Origin: Lama guanicoe | Taxonomy: Eukaryota | Length of the DNA stretch: 64,000 nt | Direction of reading: 5' to 3' | Assembly (NCBI GenBank): GCA_013239625.1 | Contig: MU053431.1 | Location: 994,001-1,058,000 of the forward strand | Shown: one piece after another, positions 13,680-25,494 of the stretch | How the letters are laid out: the number at the start of each line of letters is the position of its first letter | Numbering within the stretch: the stretch's first letter is position 1 | Notes under the pieces: model-generated | Database searches by the model: none | What the model was told of the DNA's origin: nothing | What the model saw: only the letters and a program-made list of their open reading frames with translations | Translations under genes and position numbers: made by a program

Positions 13680-14095
13680 ACGGTTACTGGCTCCCTGTGC
13701 GGCGGTAACAGGAACACGAGGGGCTTCAAATAACACAGATTTATCATCTTACGGTTCTGGAGGTCACAAGTCCGGGTGTCGGCAGGGCTGGCTCCTCCTG
13801 GAGGCTCCAGGGGAAGTCTGCATCCTGGCCTTTTCCAGCCACTAGAGGCGCCCAGATTTCTTGACTCGCGGCCTCTCCTCCATCGTCACAGCTTCTGCTA
13901 CATCGCGTCTCCTTCTCTGACCCTCCTGCCCCCCTCTTGCGAGGACCCCTGTCCAACGCTGGGCCCAATGGGTAATCCAGGGTCACCTCCCATCTCAAAG
14001 CCCTTGTCTCAGTTCCACCTGCAGAGTCCCTTTGCCCTGGAAGGTGGCATCTTCACAGGCTCCAGGGACCGAATGTGGACATGCCGGGGTCCCCC
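13680..14095 (-). mobile_element. MaLR solo LTR (MLT1C/D-like)
   Basis: ACAGATTTATCATCTTACGGTTCTGGAGGTCACAAGTCC...CCTTTTCCAGCCACTAGAGGC...GGTAATCCAGGGTCACCTCCCATCTCAA match MLT1 in reverse. Confidence 0.85.
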
Positions 14096-14711
14096 CTCAA
14101 CACTAACCCCGCGGGGGGCGTCAGGAGGTGGTAGGTCAGGCCCGCCCTGTGCCCTCCCCGGGGGGCCACTTCAGAGTTCTCACGTCTCACCCCGAGGAGG
14201 GGCGGCATTTCCTCCGGTCGTCTTGTCTTCGTCTTGGGCAGTGCTCTGGTGGCCCTCCCCTGCGTTTGTCATCCAGCCTCTGTGAAAACATGCACACGCA
14301 AGCCCGCGCCTCGGAGAAGCCCCCCGGCCACCCCGCAGACAGAACCAGGCCCCCCCGGTGTGAGCCACTCTGGGAGTGCGGCCCGAAGCAGGCAGACCCC
14401 GAGAGGCAGGCAGGCCGTGGGCGGGTGTCTGTCGGGCGTTGGTCCCCGCCGGCCTGCCCCCTCCCCTCTCTCCATTTCACTGACGTCAGGCTGGCGTCGC
14501 CACCTCCCCGTCTGTTCACACTTAGGCATTTTGGTGTTTCAGTCGACACTGCATTCCTCAGGCTTTGTGTTTGCTGTTTTATTGCTCAGGGTTTATAACG
14601 CTCCTGTCCTCGCCGAATTCCTCCGCTTACACGTGCATCAGGACAGCCCTTTGCAGGGACGGGCGCCTGTGACCACGCAGCTCTTCCAAATAACAGGGTG
14701 GCCGTTGAACT

Positions 14712-15112
14712 AAGCATCAGGTCAGAGTGTTCTCTGGTCAGGTTCTCCCGTGGCTTCACGGCTGCTGCTGGAGTAAAACCCCGCCTCTAACGGCCCGGCC
14801 TCAGCCAGCCCTGCACCTGGGCCTGGAAGGTCCTGCCCCAGGGCCTGGGTGCCGGCGGCAGTGCCCACTCCTGCAGATCTAGGCTAGGAGCCCCTTCCCG
14901 CCCAGAGCGGCCTCGCTGGCCCCTCGCAAGCCAGGATGCCCGTCCTGCCCTCGCCCCCTTCATTCTCCTCCACGCCGTTCTCCTGCCCGGGTCGCCTGGT
15001 CCTTGTGGATTGACTTAGTCTGTCTCTCCCACTACAGCGCCTGCTCCGGGAAGGGACAGCGCCCGAACCGCCCGCTGCTCTGTCTCCCGTGACAGCACGT
15101 CACCTGGCCACT
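14712..15112 (+). mobile_element. Highly degenerate L2 fragment
   Basis: CAGGTCAGAGTGTTCTCTG...CCCGTGGCTTC...GAGTAAAACCC and TCTGTCTCTCCCACTACAGCG..GCTCC follow the L2 3' motif order. Confidence 0.45.
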
Positions 15113-16101
15113 GCAAGTGAGGGTTTGGGGATGTCTTGGTAGCTTTTTCACTAAGACAATAGTGAAAGATATAATAAGTCAAAGAGATGCCTGCGGGAAT
15201 GTGTATGGGGCAGGGTGCTGGGGCTGGGGAGCTGCAGGAACGAGTGGGAGAAAAGGAGCCTCAGGGGACAGAAGCAGTGACCCTGAGCCTGCAGGCACCG
15301 CAGCCCCCGGACGGTCTGCACCACGAGCAGCATGGGGGCGCCCTGCCTGGCCTCCAGCGCTCTGGCCCACGGGACGCTTGCCTGCCATCAGGTCGCTGTG
15401 GGATTTGATGGGAGGCGCCCAGCGGGGGACGAAGCACCCCCGTAAGGAGTGATGGCATTTCCCTGGGAGGCCACCCCCAAGGATGCTGCCGACAGGCCCT
15501 CTGTCTCCTCCGCGGGCCTGCAGGCGGCCACCGCCGTGTGCAGAGCTCCACATGACCCCGGCACCAGGCTCCCTCTGCTCCTCCACCTGCACAGCACAGA
15601 TAAGGGAAGTGGGGCCCAGCGCTCAGGAATCTTGGCTCCGAGTGGCCGGCGTGGAGCCCAGCCACAGGTCTGCTCCGAAACATTCCAGCAAAACAATTCT
15701 GCTGGAAAATGCCATCTGCACGGCCGGGTGCTGTGTGGAGCAGCAAAGGCTCACATCGACAGGCCGCTGCTCCTTTCCAGCTGTCTCCCCTCTGTCCTGG
15801 AGAAACTCCTGACCCAGGGTCTCCGCTGCCCACTCGTGCCTCCTCCGTCCTCTCCTCCCGTCCTGTCAGCTCGAAGCCCACCCACAAATAGCTTCCCCTG
15901 CTCAGGCGCTTGCTTGGGTGCAGCTCTCTCACTTGACACACAGATGTTGCAAAATGTATGTTACTTATGTGCCATCTCCCCTTAGCTTCAATCTTCATGT
16001 TCAGGGAAGTTTTATCTTTCTGATTATTTGGCCAAGTTCAACTCAATAGGATTTTATTGAAGATCTACTGTGGGATCCTCCTGGAATTCAGGGAAGCATT
16101 A

Positions 16102-16278
16102 GTGGTGGTTATCATGCTGATGGTGGTGATGGTCATGATGATGGTGATGAGTATGATGATGATGATCACAGTGATGATGGTGGTGATGGTGATGGTCATG
16201 ATGGTCATGATGATGGTGGTGATGGTGATGATTGTGGTGATGATCGTGGTGATGATGGTGGTGATGGTGGTGAGATGA
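16102..16278. repeat. Imperfect (ATG/GTG)n trinucleotide microsatellite
   Basis: Read directly; it produces the low-complexity Met/Val and Thr/Ile pseudo-ORFs. Confidence 0.95.
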
Positions 16279-16279
16279 A

Positions 16280-16500
16280 GACTGCAGCTAACACTCTTCA
16301 GCACTGATGGATTCCTTGGCACAGTCCCAAGACCTTCACACACAGTTACTCATTTGATGCTCACAATAGCCTCATGAGGTGTCTTCCTTCCACAGACAAG
16401 GAGCCTGAGGCACAGGAAGGTGGAACGACTTCCAGAGTTGCTCAAGCAGTGAGCAGCAGAGCTGGAGTGTGAACCTAGGCTGCCTGGGACCACGGGTCCT
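16280..16500 (-). mobile_element. MIR SINE
   Basis: CATTTGATGCTCACAATAGCCTCATGAGGT...ACAGACAAGGAGCCTGAGGCACAG...GAGCTGGAGTGTGAACCTAGGC. Confidence 0.8.
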
Positions 16501-16627
16501 GCTGTCAATCTCCATTCCACCTGCCTCTGGGGAGCTCATCAGCTTACTGGAGACAAGACACACACACACACGTGCACCCCCCACCCTCAAAGCAACTAAA
16601 TAACAGTTCAGAGATAAACTGCTGTGG

Positions 16628-16900
16628 TTCATTCATTAATTTATTCTTTGAAAAGTCATCTGAATGCCTACTGTGTGCTAATAAGCCAGGGATAAGAGTG
16701 TGGACTAAGCAGATGTGGCTCCTGGAGCTTGCTGCAGGAGGGAGGAGCTGCCCTCCTGCTGTCCCGAGAGAGCCTTCATGAGGAAGGAGGTGTGGAGGCG
16801 GTGCCTGCAGGGTTCAAGGTGCAGGGATGCTGCAGTGAGTGAGAAGGGTGGGCGTGGCTTCCCCACATCGGGGTCTTCATCTGGTTGCTGAAGAGAGACT
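16628..16900 (-). mobile_element. L2 3' end
   Basis: TTCATTCATTAATTTATTC...TGAATGCCTACTGTGTGCTA...CCTGGAGCTT is the reverse complement of the L2 tail. Confidence 0.6.
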
Positions 16901-18639
16901 GAGCATCAGAGTGGCACAGGGAGGACAACGGGGAGCACCCTGTGGAGACCTGACCCCCAGGCTCCTGGGAGAGAGGAGCGATGACCCCCGAGGAGGGCAG
17001 GGAGGACCGAGCAGCTTGAAGTGGGGCATGAAAAGCTGAGCAGGGCCAGGCAGGTGGGCACTCAGATGGGGGAAGCCTTTCCCTCCCTCCAGCTCTGCCC
17101 TTGTATGTACTTCTGCTCACTTGCTGTCCCCGGAGATCCCAGCTGAGCAGACGGAGGCTTGGACGGGGGCAGGGCATCTCCTCCGCTGGACTTTTGTATT
17201 GACTTCCAAGCTGATTTAACCAAGGAGATACTGACTCCGAGACCTGGGAAGAGGGCTGCCACCTGCCTGTTGCGGCCTTGGTCTCAGCTTTTCCAGTTAG
17301 ATGTGAGTCCTGGGCGGAGAGCAAGGGAGGCAGGGCCGGGGGAAGGAGGCGATTCTGGCTCTAAACCACTTCTTCCTCCTTCCCCCAGCCTACCCCGGCG
17401 CCAGCAGGGCCGCTGGCTTTTTCCACGTGACTTTGTTTCTGGGGCACCAGCAGGCAGTTGCCCAGGCGATGGGGTGTGGGAGACCTGGCCCGGGGATGCC
17501 TGAAGGTGGACAGCCTCACAAGAGCCCCCCTAGCTCTTAGCGCCTTTTTTAAAGGAAAACTAAGCAGCAGAAAGCAGACGCTTCTGTTACTTTGTTTTAA
17601 ACTCATTTCTTCGTTGCCTGAGCAGCGCAGGAGTGATGCCCCGTGGTTGGCAGGTCAAACCGTCAAGTGACGCCGGTACGTTCCAGGGCTGCTCGCCTGG
17701 AGTCCACCGCTGTTTCCTTGTGTTTACTTCCCTGTGCAGTTAAAAACACACGCGAACGTGCACGGGTTTGTGCCCCATTTTAGAAGCATAAGTGACATCG
17801 TGCTGCTGTTACACAGAACTTGCTCTTCTCGGTTAGCGATCCGCCCCTGGGATCTTTCCGAGGTGTGCGGTCCCTGAAAGGCACTCACCAGGCACGTGCG
17901 TGGTGGCCATCCTGGAAGCGCCACCTGTCACAGTCACAGCGCAGCAAGCCTGAGTTGGGAAGCAGACCGAACTGGGTACTGAGCTGGGACGTGTAAGCCG
18001 GGAGGGCTCCAGATTTCTAAGTTGCTTTCTGAGATGCTTTAACCAAATTAACACAGAGCCCAAGGCCCGGGAAGAGGGCTGACTTCTTCCTGCAGCCGTC
18101 AGGTCTTCGGTCCCGTGGACAGAAGTGTGAGCCGGTCCCCAGGGCAGCGTCCAGGCAGGGAGCGAGCGCAGTGGGGGCGGAGAAGGTGGTTCTTGCTCAG
18201 GTCTCTTCGGGCCACTTGGAAGACCAGCCCTGCACCCAGAGCTGTTCCGGACCCTCTGCCCGGAGAAACCTGCAGAGCGGAGACCCTGATCCCTAAGAGG
18301 AGTGACCAGTCCCAGATACGAGCGGTGCTGTGTCATGCCTGCGCACTGGCACGTCCCCCTGAGGGGAAACCGAGCCGTGCGTTTGGAGCTGGGGAGCAGG
18401 TGGCCCTTTGGCCTTCTTACCTGGGGCCCCAGCCGGCCTCCTGCACGGACCCCCTCCCCCCCACCGCTCTCTCCTCCAGCCATTGTACCTTTTATTCAAC
18501 TTTCCTCCTGAAACTCACTCACTCACCCTCGGTGGTTTTTCAGTAACGTGCCCCCCCCTCGGTTCTGCCTTTCCTGGAAAAGCCAACAAAACCTTGCACC
18601 TCATGAATTTTAACAGCCTTTTCAGCTGCTGTATTTCAT

Positions 18640-18775
18640 GTCTGAATTGTTTTATCCGTCTCACTTTGATTGCAGGCCCCGAGGGCTGAGACCTCGTCCT
18701 GTTTCATCTTTAGTGCAGCTCCGAGCACTCCTGGCATTCCGCTCATAAAAACACACGGGCAGATGAATGCATGCA
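18640..18775 (+). mobile_element. L2 3' tail fragment
   Basis: GAGGGCTGAGACCTCGTCCTGTTTCATC...AGCACTCCTGGCA...ATGAATGCATG. Confidence 0.5.
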
Positions 18776-19384
18776 AACATCTATAATTGTTTTATTTAGA
18801 GCTGTTTGACAACAGATCAGAGAGGCGTGTGTACCTGCACATCTGGGACTTGAACGCGACTCCATCACACGCCTTAATCTGTTCCTCGGGTACTAGTCAT
18901 TTATAAAACATGACTTATTTGCTTAGGGCGTCTCTTCATAACTTTAATGTGCGCGCACTACAGAGGAAGCTGTAATCTCCAGTTTCTGATTAACGTATGC
19001 CAAGCAGGCTTCCTAGAGTTGTCTGTGCTACGTAGAGACTCGTAAGTAAGACTTAGATCATTTGTCTTTGGAAACGCAAGTCTTCCGTCTGCCTGAGCAT
19101 TAAGCGACGTGAAGACAAAAGGGTCCCATTTGGAATTAAGACAGATGCAGGTTACTCGGGAGCGACCTCTTCTCCTTCTGGGCTTGGGAGTGTTTGTGGA
19201 GGGAGCTGGCTGAGCTGCGCTTGCGTCGGGCTCGTCGTTCAGCTTTGTTTCCAATGTGTGCGTTTTCAGGGTTTTTTTCTTGCTGGAAAATGTCTGTGGG
19301 TGACTGTAACACACCTGCGGTTTGTGTAACATCAACAAGTAGTAACACGTGGAAGCAGGTGAGCCCACGAGAGGAGCCCAGGGC

Positions 19385-19760
19385 TCATCCGATTCTTCCA
19401 GTGTCTGTGGGACGCCTGCTCTGTGCAGGTAAAGTGCTAGATGCTGCGAATTCAGGCGTGAAATAGAAGGACAAGGTTTCCAGCCTCAGGGACCCCCGGA
19501 TTCTGGGGGGAGACAATTAGAAAGCAGGTGGACCATCACCCTAAACAGAAACTGCCATCCGCGCCACCAAGGGCCCAGCCAGTGCTGAGACGGGCCGTGG
19601 GAAGGACTGGCTCTCCCTGAGGAGGGGCGGCAGGGGCGCAGCTGAGGCTCCTCTGCAGGAAGGAGAGCTGGGAAAGTGAGCCTTGGGCAGGGCAGGAGCA
19701 GGTGCAAAGGCCCTGGTGTGGGAGAGAATGGCGTCACAGATTTGGTCAAGGAGGGAGTGG
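19385..19760 (-). mobile_element. L2 3' region
   Basis: GCCTGCTCTGTGCAGG..AGTGCTAGATGCTG...ACAAGGTTTCCAGCCTCAGGGA...GCAGGTGCAAAGGCCCTGGTGTGGGA. Confidence 0.65.
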
Positions 19761-20584
19761 ACCCGGACGGCCCCAGTAAAAGGCCCCCAGCGCCCGTCCC
19801 CCACCCCCAGCCTGAAGCGTGTAGTAAGCTGAAGGTTCCAACCTGGCTGCAAACTGCAGGGCTATTTAGTGCAGGGGGAGCTGCAGGGTGCCGGGCACGG
19901 CAGGGGGTCGGCTGGCCTGGGAGGCACCCATGGGAACCAGAGGAAGGGGAGGCCTTCTTCCATGTCAAGGAGACAGCTTGTGGGGAGGACTGAGGTGGGC
20001 AGGGGTCCTGTTCCAGGAGCAGAAAGAACCAGAAACTTGTGGGGAGGGTGCCCATTCCCGCAGGCCCTGGGGGTGCCAGTAGGGTTCTGGCTGTGCCCCC
20101 AGAAAGTGGGAGCTCTCTGTGGGGCAGGAGGCGGGGTGGAGAGCAGGGGACAGGGGCTGCGTGGGCGCTGAGCCTGAGCTGCCCCGTGTAATCCGGTGAC
20201 CCTAGAGTCCCAGCATCCAGAGCAGGCCAGGACCCAGGGCCAGGACGGAGCAGTGGAGGGCAACTGTCACGTCGTCCTGTGGGCAGCACGGTGGCCCCGG
20301 CCGTGTCAGAGCAGGAAAGTGGCACCATCGGGGAACGTCCAGAAGGACGGTTCTGGCAGCTGTGACACTAAGCTCCCAAGATGAGCGGTTAAACCTGACC
20401 TCCTCGCACTGCTTCTCATGCATCCAGACAGCGCAGAGCCGCCGGGCAGCAGCCGGCCCCGCGAGGAAGCTGGCGTCACGTGGCGCCTTCCGACTGAGCG
20501 CCACCTGCCTCCCCGGCCGGCTGCGCACGGGGAGTGGGGACGCCTCCCCTTCCAGGGTGACGGCTCCAGGACGGCCTTGACTCC

Positions 20585-20857
20585 GCTGGGCCCGCCTCGC
20601 TCCTCAGCGTCCTTTCCAGTGACGAGTTACGGGGCTGTTCGCACTGTTTTTTATCTTTTATGACTCGGCTTAGGTAGGTCGGCTGTTTCTAGGAGTATAT
20701 CCGCTCCCCCAGGTTGCCCACTCTGTCAGCATGTCACTGCTCGCAGTGCTCCCTCATCACCCTTCTTGTTTCCCTGGCGTCAGTGGTGGTGCCTCCTCTC
20801 TCATGTCTAATTTTAGTTACTTGAGTCTTTTTCTCTTAGTCTGGCTAAGGATTGGTC
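20585..20857 (-). mobile_element. L1 ORF2 fragment (region after the endonuclease), decayed
   Basis: The minus strand translates as DQSLARL...TQVTKIRHERGGTTTDARETRRVMREHCEQ*HADRVGNLGE, homologous to L1 ORF2p DKPLARL...TQINKIRNEKGDITTD..EIQRIIRDYYEQLYANKLDNLEE. Confidence 0.85.
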
Positions 20858-20859
20858 TC

Positions 20860-21118
20860 GATGAGAAAGGAAATCATCAAAACACAAAAGAAGGCAGGAG
20901 GAGAGGAAAGGAGAGATAAAAAGTGGTGAGACACAGAAGACAGTTCACAAAATGCCAACAGTGAGTCCTTCCCAACTTAAGTATAAATGGATTAAACGCC
21001 TCCAATTAAAAGACACACGTTGACTGAAGGGATCAAGACAAAATAAAGTAACAGACTCCAACTCTGCACTGTCCCCGGGAGACTACTTTGGACTGGGCGT
21101 AAGGACACCTGCAGCCTG
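20860..21118 (+). mobile_element. L1 inter-ORF end and ORF2 start (endonuclease N-terminus), inverted relative to flanking L1
   Basis: The plus strand gives INGLN/PIKRHTLTEGIK (one frameshift), matching the ORF2p N-terminal NGLNSPIKRHRLAEWIK; AAAATGCCAACAGTGAGTCCTT resembles the ORF2 start of old L1s. Confidence 0.85.
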
Positions 21119-21119
21119 G

Positions 21120-23005
21120 CTTTTTGTAATGACGCATTTTCATTGCCTCCCCTTTTCCGCTGGTTACGTTCTGTTGATGTTTGCTCTGTGGTCACTGCTG
21201 CGATGGCGTAAGACCCCGAAGAGTTACAACAACCTCATTTACACTGACGAGAACTTAACTTCAGCCACATGTGACAGCTCTGCTCCTTTACACGTCTGCC
21301 CCCCCATTTATGTTACTGTGACACAAATTAACCTCTTTTTACATTGCTTATTTAGTAACATGGATTTTTAGTTGCTTTCTGTGCTTTTTTAAAAGTAACA
21401 TACGCTCCTACGTCACGGTACTGCAGTGCCAGGTGGGCTTACATTTGGGTCGCTGTGAGCGTCCTCCCTTCAACTTGAAGGGCCCCCTTTAGCATTTCCC
21501 GCAGGGCAGACCTGGTAATGAACTGCCTCGGCTCTTATCAGAGAAAGCCTTCATTTACCTTTCGCTTTTGAAGGACAGCTTTGCCATGTGCATTTTCTTG
21601 GTTGGCAGCCTCTCTTTTCCTTTTAGCGCTTTGACACAGCGTCTGTCCCCTTCCCTCGGGTCTGCAGAGGTTCTGCGGAGAACCCGCTGACAACCCTGCA
21701 GGAGCCCCTCATGGTGGCCGCTGCGCGGCTCCCGTTGCTCTCAGGACTCTGTCTCTGCGACTTTTAATGGTTTGGTTGCAATGTGTCTCCGTGTAGATCT
21801 CTTCAGATTTATTATCGTTGGAGGACTTTGAGCTTCTTGAATGCGTGTTCATTTCTCTCCTCAGACTTGGGATGTTTTCAACAACTGTTTCTTCAAATGG
21901 GCTCTCCACCCCTTTCTCTCTCCTTCTTCTGAGGCTCCCGTAAGGCGTACGTGGTTCTGCGTGGCGGTGTCCCATAAGTCCCTCGGGCTCTCTTCCCTTC
22001 ATTCTGTTTTCTTTTGGTCCACTTGATCATTTTGAATATCCTGTCTTTGAGTTGACCAGTCCTTCCTTCTGCCTTGTCGAGTTTGAGGTTGAACACTTCT
22101 AGTGAGTTTTTCAGTCCACTTATTGTGTTCATCAGCTCCACAGTTTCTGTTTGTTCCTTTTTTATCGTTTCTCTTTGTTGATGTATCATCTTGTTCCTGC
22201 ATCATTTTCCTGACTTCATTTAGTTGTCCTTTTTGTTCATGGCTATGCTTATGATGGTTCTTTTGGATTCTGTATCTGGTCAACCATATATTTCTATTTC
22301 TTTAGGGTTGGTTTTTGGAGATTTAATTTGTTCTTTTCATTGGGCCATATTTCCTTGATTCTCTGTTGGGAATTGCACATTTGGAAACAATAACTTTCCT
22401 CAGTCTTTCTAATATGAGCTTATACATGGCAGACCATCAACCCACTGGCTAGAGATTCTGGAGACCTCTGGAGACGTTTTCTGGGGATGATCTTCTCTGG
22501 CCTGGTGCATATAATCTCCTATCTGATCTTTACCTGTTTCTACTCAGGATTTCCCCCTAGTTTCTGTCCGTGGTATGTCAGCCTCTCTGGTGCTGGACTG
22601 CCATCGGACTTCTTTTATTCTCATTGGCCTCCACTCTGGCCCCCATACCTGTCAGCACTTAGGTTCAGGTGGAGCAAAAACCAGTCTCTCAGCCATCCCC
22701 CTAAAAAGTCAGAATATCGGACCATGTTCCATTCCTCTCTGTCCCTCCCAAGGAAGAAGCCAAGAGTTGGGAGTTTTTACCAATCACACTGCTCTGTGCC
22801 GGAGGAAGGGCTATGGTGAGCAAATGTCCTGACTTCTCCAGCCCATTGTGATACGGTTCTTTCTTCTTGGCTCATCTCAGCTGCAGGAATCTCTGGATTT
22901 GTTTCTGGATTTTTCTCAAAAGCAACTGACCTATGCATTGTTAAGTAATTGTTCCCACAGAAGGATCTGGGGCTTCCTATGCCATCATCTTGCTGATGTC
23001 ACTCT
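21120..23005 (-). mobile_element. Old L1M 5' portion: 5' UTR, ORF1 pseudogene and inter-ORF region
   Basis: Minus-strand ORF pieces ETIKKEQTETVELMNTISGLKNSLEVFNLKLDKAEGRTGQLKDR and EKGVESPFEETVVENIPSL match the L1 ORF1p coiled-coil/RRM; TTTAGCATTTCCCGCAGGGCAG marks the ORF1 3' end. The 5' boundary is approximate. Confidence 0.85.
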
Positions 23006-23098
23006 CAAAGAGCACAGTTTTGAATATTTTATGCATAAGGGACAAAATCTTCTTCTGACAGATCTCCCTACATCCACACTCGTCCCTGTGGTCAATGT

Positions 23099-23300
23099 CA
23101 GGGGCCCTTGTCCTGTCAAAGGCCAGATAGTAAATTTTTTCAGCTTTGCCGCCCATACCACTCTGTTGCAACTACTCAACTCTGCCATCATACTGTAAAA
23201 GCAGCCGTAGACAATATGTAAATGAACAGGCATGACTGCTTTCCAATAAAACGTTATTTACAAAATCCACGGCGGATAGGCTGTAGTTTGCTGAGCCCTG
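23099..23300 (-). mobile_element. MER58A-like hAT MITE
   Basis: AAAGGCCAGATAGTAAAT...GCAACTACTCAACTCTGCC...TTCCAATAAAACGTTATTTACAAAA...GTAGTTTGCTGAGCCCTG. Confidence 0.9.
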
Positions 23301-23344
23301 GTCCCTGCTCACATGGAAGCTGAAGGATCCCGCCCAAGCCTGAG

Positions 23345-23620
23345 CCAGGTCACATCACAGGTCAGACCCAGCACTGTGGAGCGTCCACATCTCACTCAAA
23401 GCAGAGTAAGGTCTTGCAGCAGCCGCTCCTCTCACCACCCACCCTTCTGCTCTTGCTGTCACCCTGTCCCAGCCGCCTCTCCGGGGCTGTTGCCTAGTCC
23501 AGGCTCTGTTCCCGCCTTACGATCTTTGACCCCACTGTTCCCACTGCCTGGAATGCCCTTCCTCCTCATATCCACCTGCTTACCTTCACCTTCTTCCAAC
23601 TCCTTCACCTCCTTCTAACG
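23345..23620 (+). mobile_element. L2 fragment (interrupted by the next LTR; appears to resume at ~24004-24120)
   Basis: CTGTTCCCACTGCCTGGAATGCCCTTCCTCC...ATCCACCTG L2 motif. Confidence 0.6.
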
Positions 23621-23621
23621 T

Positions 23622-24003
23622 TGTCTGACTCTCCCTGTACTTGGGCTGCCCTGGCGGAGCCTGGCGAGCTGAGCAGCTCAAACAACAGAAACGCATTGTC
23701 TCACAGTTCTGGACGCTGGACATCAAGGTCAAGGCCTCGTTTCTTCTGCGGCCTCTCTCCTTGGCGGGTAGATGGCCGTCTCCTCCCTGTGTCCTCACAT
23801 CATCTTTCTTCTGTGTGTGCCGTGCCCTGATCTCCTCTCCTTATAAGGACACCAATCAGACTGGACTAGGACATACTCATGTGACTTTACTTAGCCTTAG
23901 TCTCCTCTTTAGAGAGGCTGTCTCCAAACACAGTCACATCTTGTGGTCCTGGGGGAATTTGGACTTCGACGTATGGATCTGAGGGGACACAGTTCACCGC
24001 ACA
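23622..24003 (-). mobile_element. MaLR solo LTR (MLT1B-like)
   Basis: AAACAACAGAAACGCATTGTCTCACAGTTCTGGACGCTGGA...CTTATAAGGACACCAATCAGA...TCTCCAAACACAGTCACA...GGGGACACAGTTCA. Confidence 0.85.
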
Positions 24004-24133
24004 CCTCCCTCTGAGGTCGGCTCTGACCACCCTGTTTACTCAGCAGCCCATCTCCTCACCACAGTGTTCTGGATTTCTCATTCTGTTCTTTCCCACTTGG
24101 CGCCGCCCTTTGCTGACATTCTACAGGATGTAC

Positions 24134-25494
24134 CAGCACTTCTGCAATCTTTTGATCTTCAGGCTCTTTTATTTTTAAAAATTATTGAAGACCCAAAGAG
24201 CTTTTGTGCATACAGGTGAAATCTTTCCACATTCACCACAGTAAACCTTCAAACCAAGACATCTGAAAACTAGTCATTGATTAATTCATTTAACAATAAG
24301 AATATTAACCCATTGCATGTTAACATAAATAACATATTTTATGAAAACTAACCGTATCTTGCAAAAGCAAAACCAAATTAATGAGAAGAGTGGCAATGTT
24401 TTACTTTTTTGCAAGTCTGTTCAGTGTCTGATTTAACAGGAGACTGCTGGACTCTGCTGCTGCTTTCACTCTGTTGTGATATGTTGTTTGGGTTAAAAAA
24501 TGTATGAAATGATTTAGCCTCACTCGGATGTGTATATGAAAAGGGGAAGGTATTTGAATCACTTCAGATAATGGTGGATACTCTTCTTTGATATTATACC
24601 AAAAGTTGATGTGTTCATTTCTTAAAGGTTAATTACAATATGGAAGCAGAAACTGCCTCACTGAACTTTTCATACTCTGTTACATTGAAGCTGGTTGGCC
24701 TGTCTTGTGCTCTGAATGAGTCTTTAACCCACGCATAACTCCGTAACATCATGGCTTCATCTTTTGAAATTGTTGGTTTTCAGAGTTATGTACCTCTTCA
24801 AATATACGCTATTTTAAAAATCACGTTTGTTAATATCACCACCAGTCTCATCTGAGAAGTCTTTAATTATTGAAAAGCTGTCAAGCTCACAATGGCAGAC
24901 ACGAAGTTTCTGAAACCCTGATTTTTACTTGAAAGAGCTCTGATTTTATCCTTGGCGACAAATGTTCAGTTGTTTTCCTCGAAGTGGCAGACTCGCTTTG
25001 TTCATTTTCAAGCAAACGTCCGCCAGACACTCAAATGTGGCTCCCTGTGGCTTGCTGCCAGTTGGTCTTTTAAGTAATAATAACTTCCACGAACAACGTG
25101 GCTAGTTCAGCTGGCAACTCACACGAGTGCTTCACATCAACACAACCGCTTTCCATGTCTGTATTTTTCAACCCAAACAACGCATCGCAGCAGAGTGGGC
25201 ACAGAAGCAGAGTGCAGCCGCCTGCTGTTAGGCCAGGCGCTGTTTTCTTCATCTGTGCTCCCCCTTTCGTCACGCTGAATAATAAAAGGAGTGTGTTCGA
25301 GAGTCACAATTTAACAAAACTAATTTTGACTGCTTCTTCTTCATCAAGGACATTTTTAGGGAAGTGACTTTTTCCACAGTGAAGGCTCGGTGGTGAAGGA
25401 TGGGGCAACTGCTGATCACCCTGGTCCTTGCTAAGACACCCACTGTTTTACCCTCCGGACCAGAGTCACCACAGTGAAAAAGGCAAAGGGTATC
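24134..25494 (-). mobile_element. Charlie1a-like hAT DNA transposon fossil, near full length
   Basis: An AT-rich 1.36-kb block starting AAAAATTATTGAAGACCCAAAGAGCTTTTG; minus-strand remnants SSCPILHHRAFTVE and KNVLDE..AVKISFVK match hAT transposase SSHCILHRHALAVK / KNVLDEAVKIINFIK. Confidence 0.85.

Noticed and set aside
16057..16343. Hydrophobic Met/Val ORF resembling a membrane peptide
   Set aside because: It is the translation of the (ATG/GTG)n microsatellite
21709..22283. Coiled-coil-like ORFs as a host gene
   Set aside because: They are frameshifted remnants of L1 ORF1
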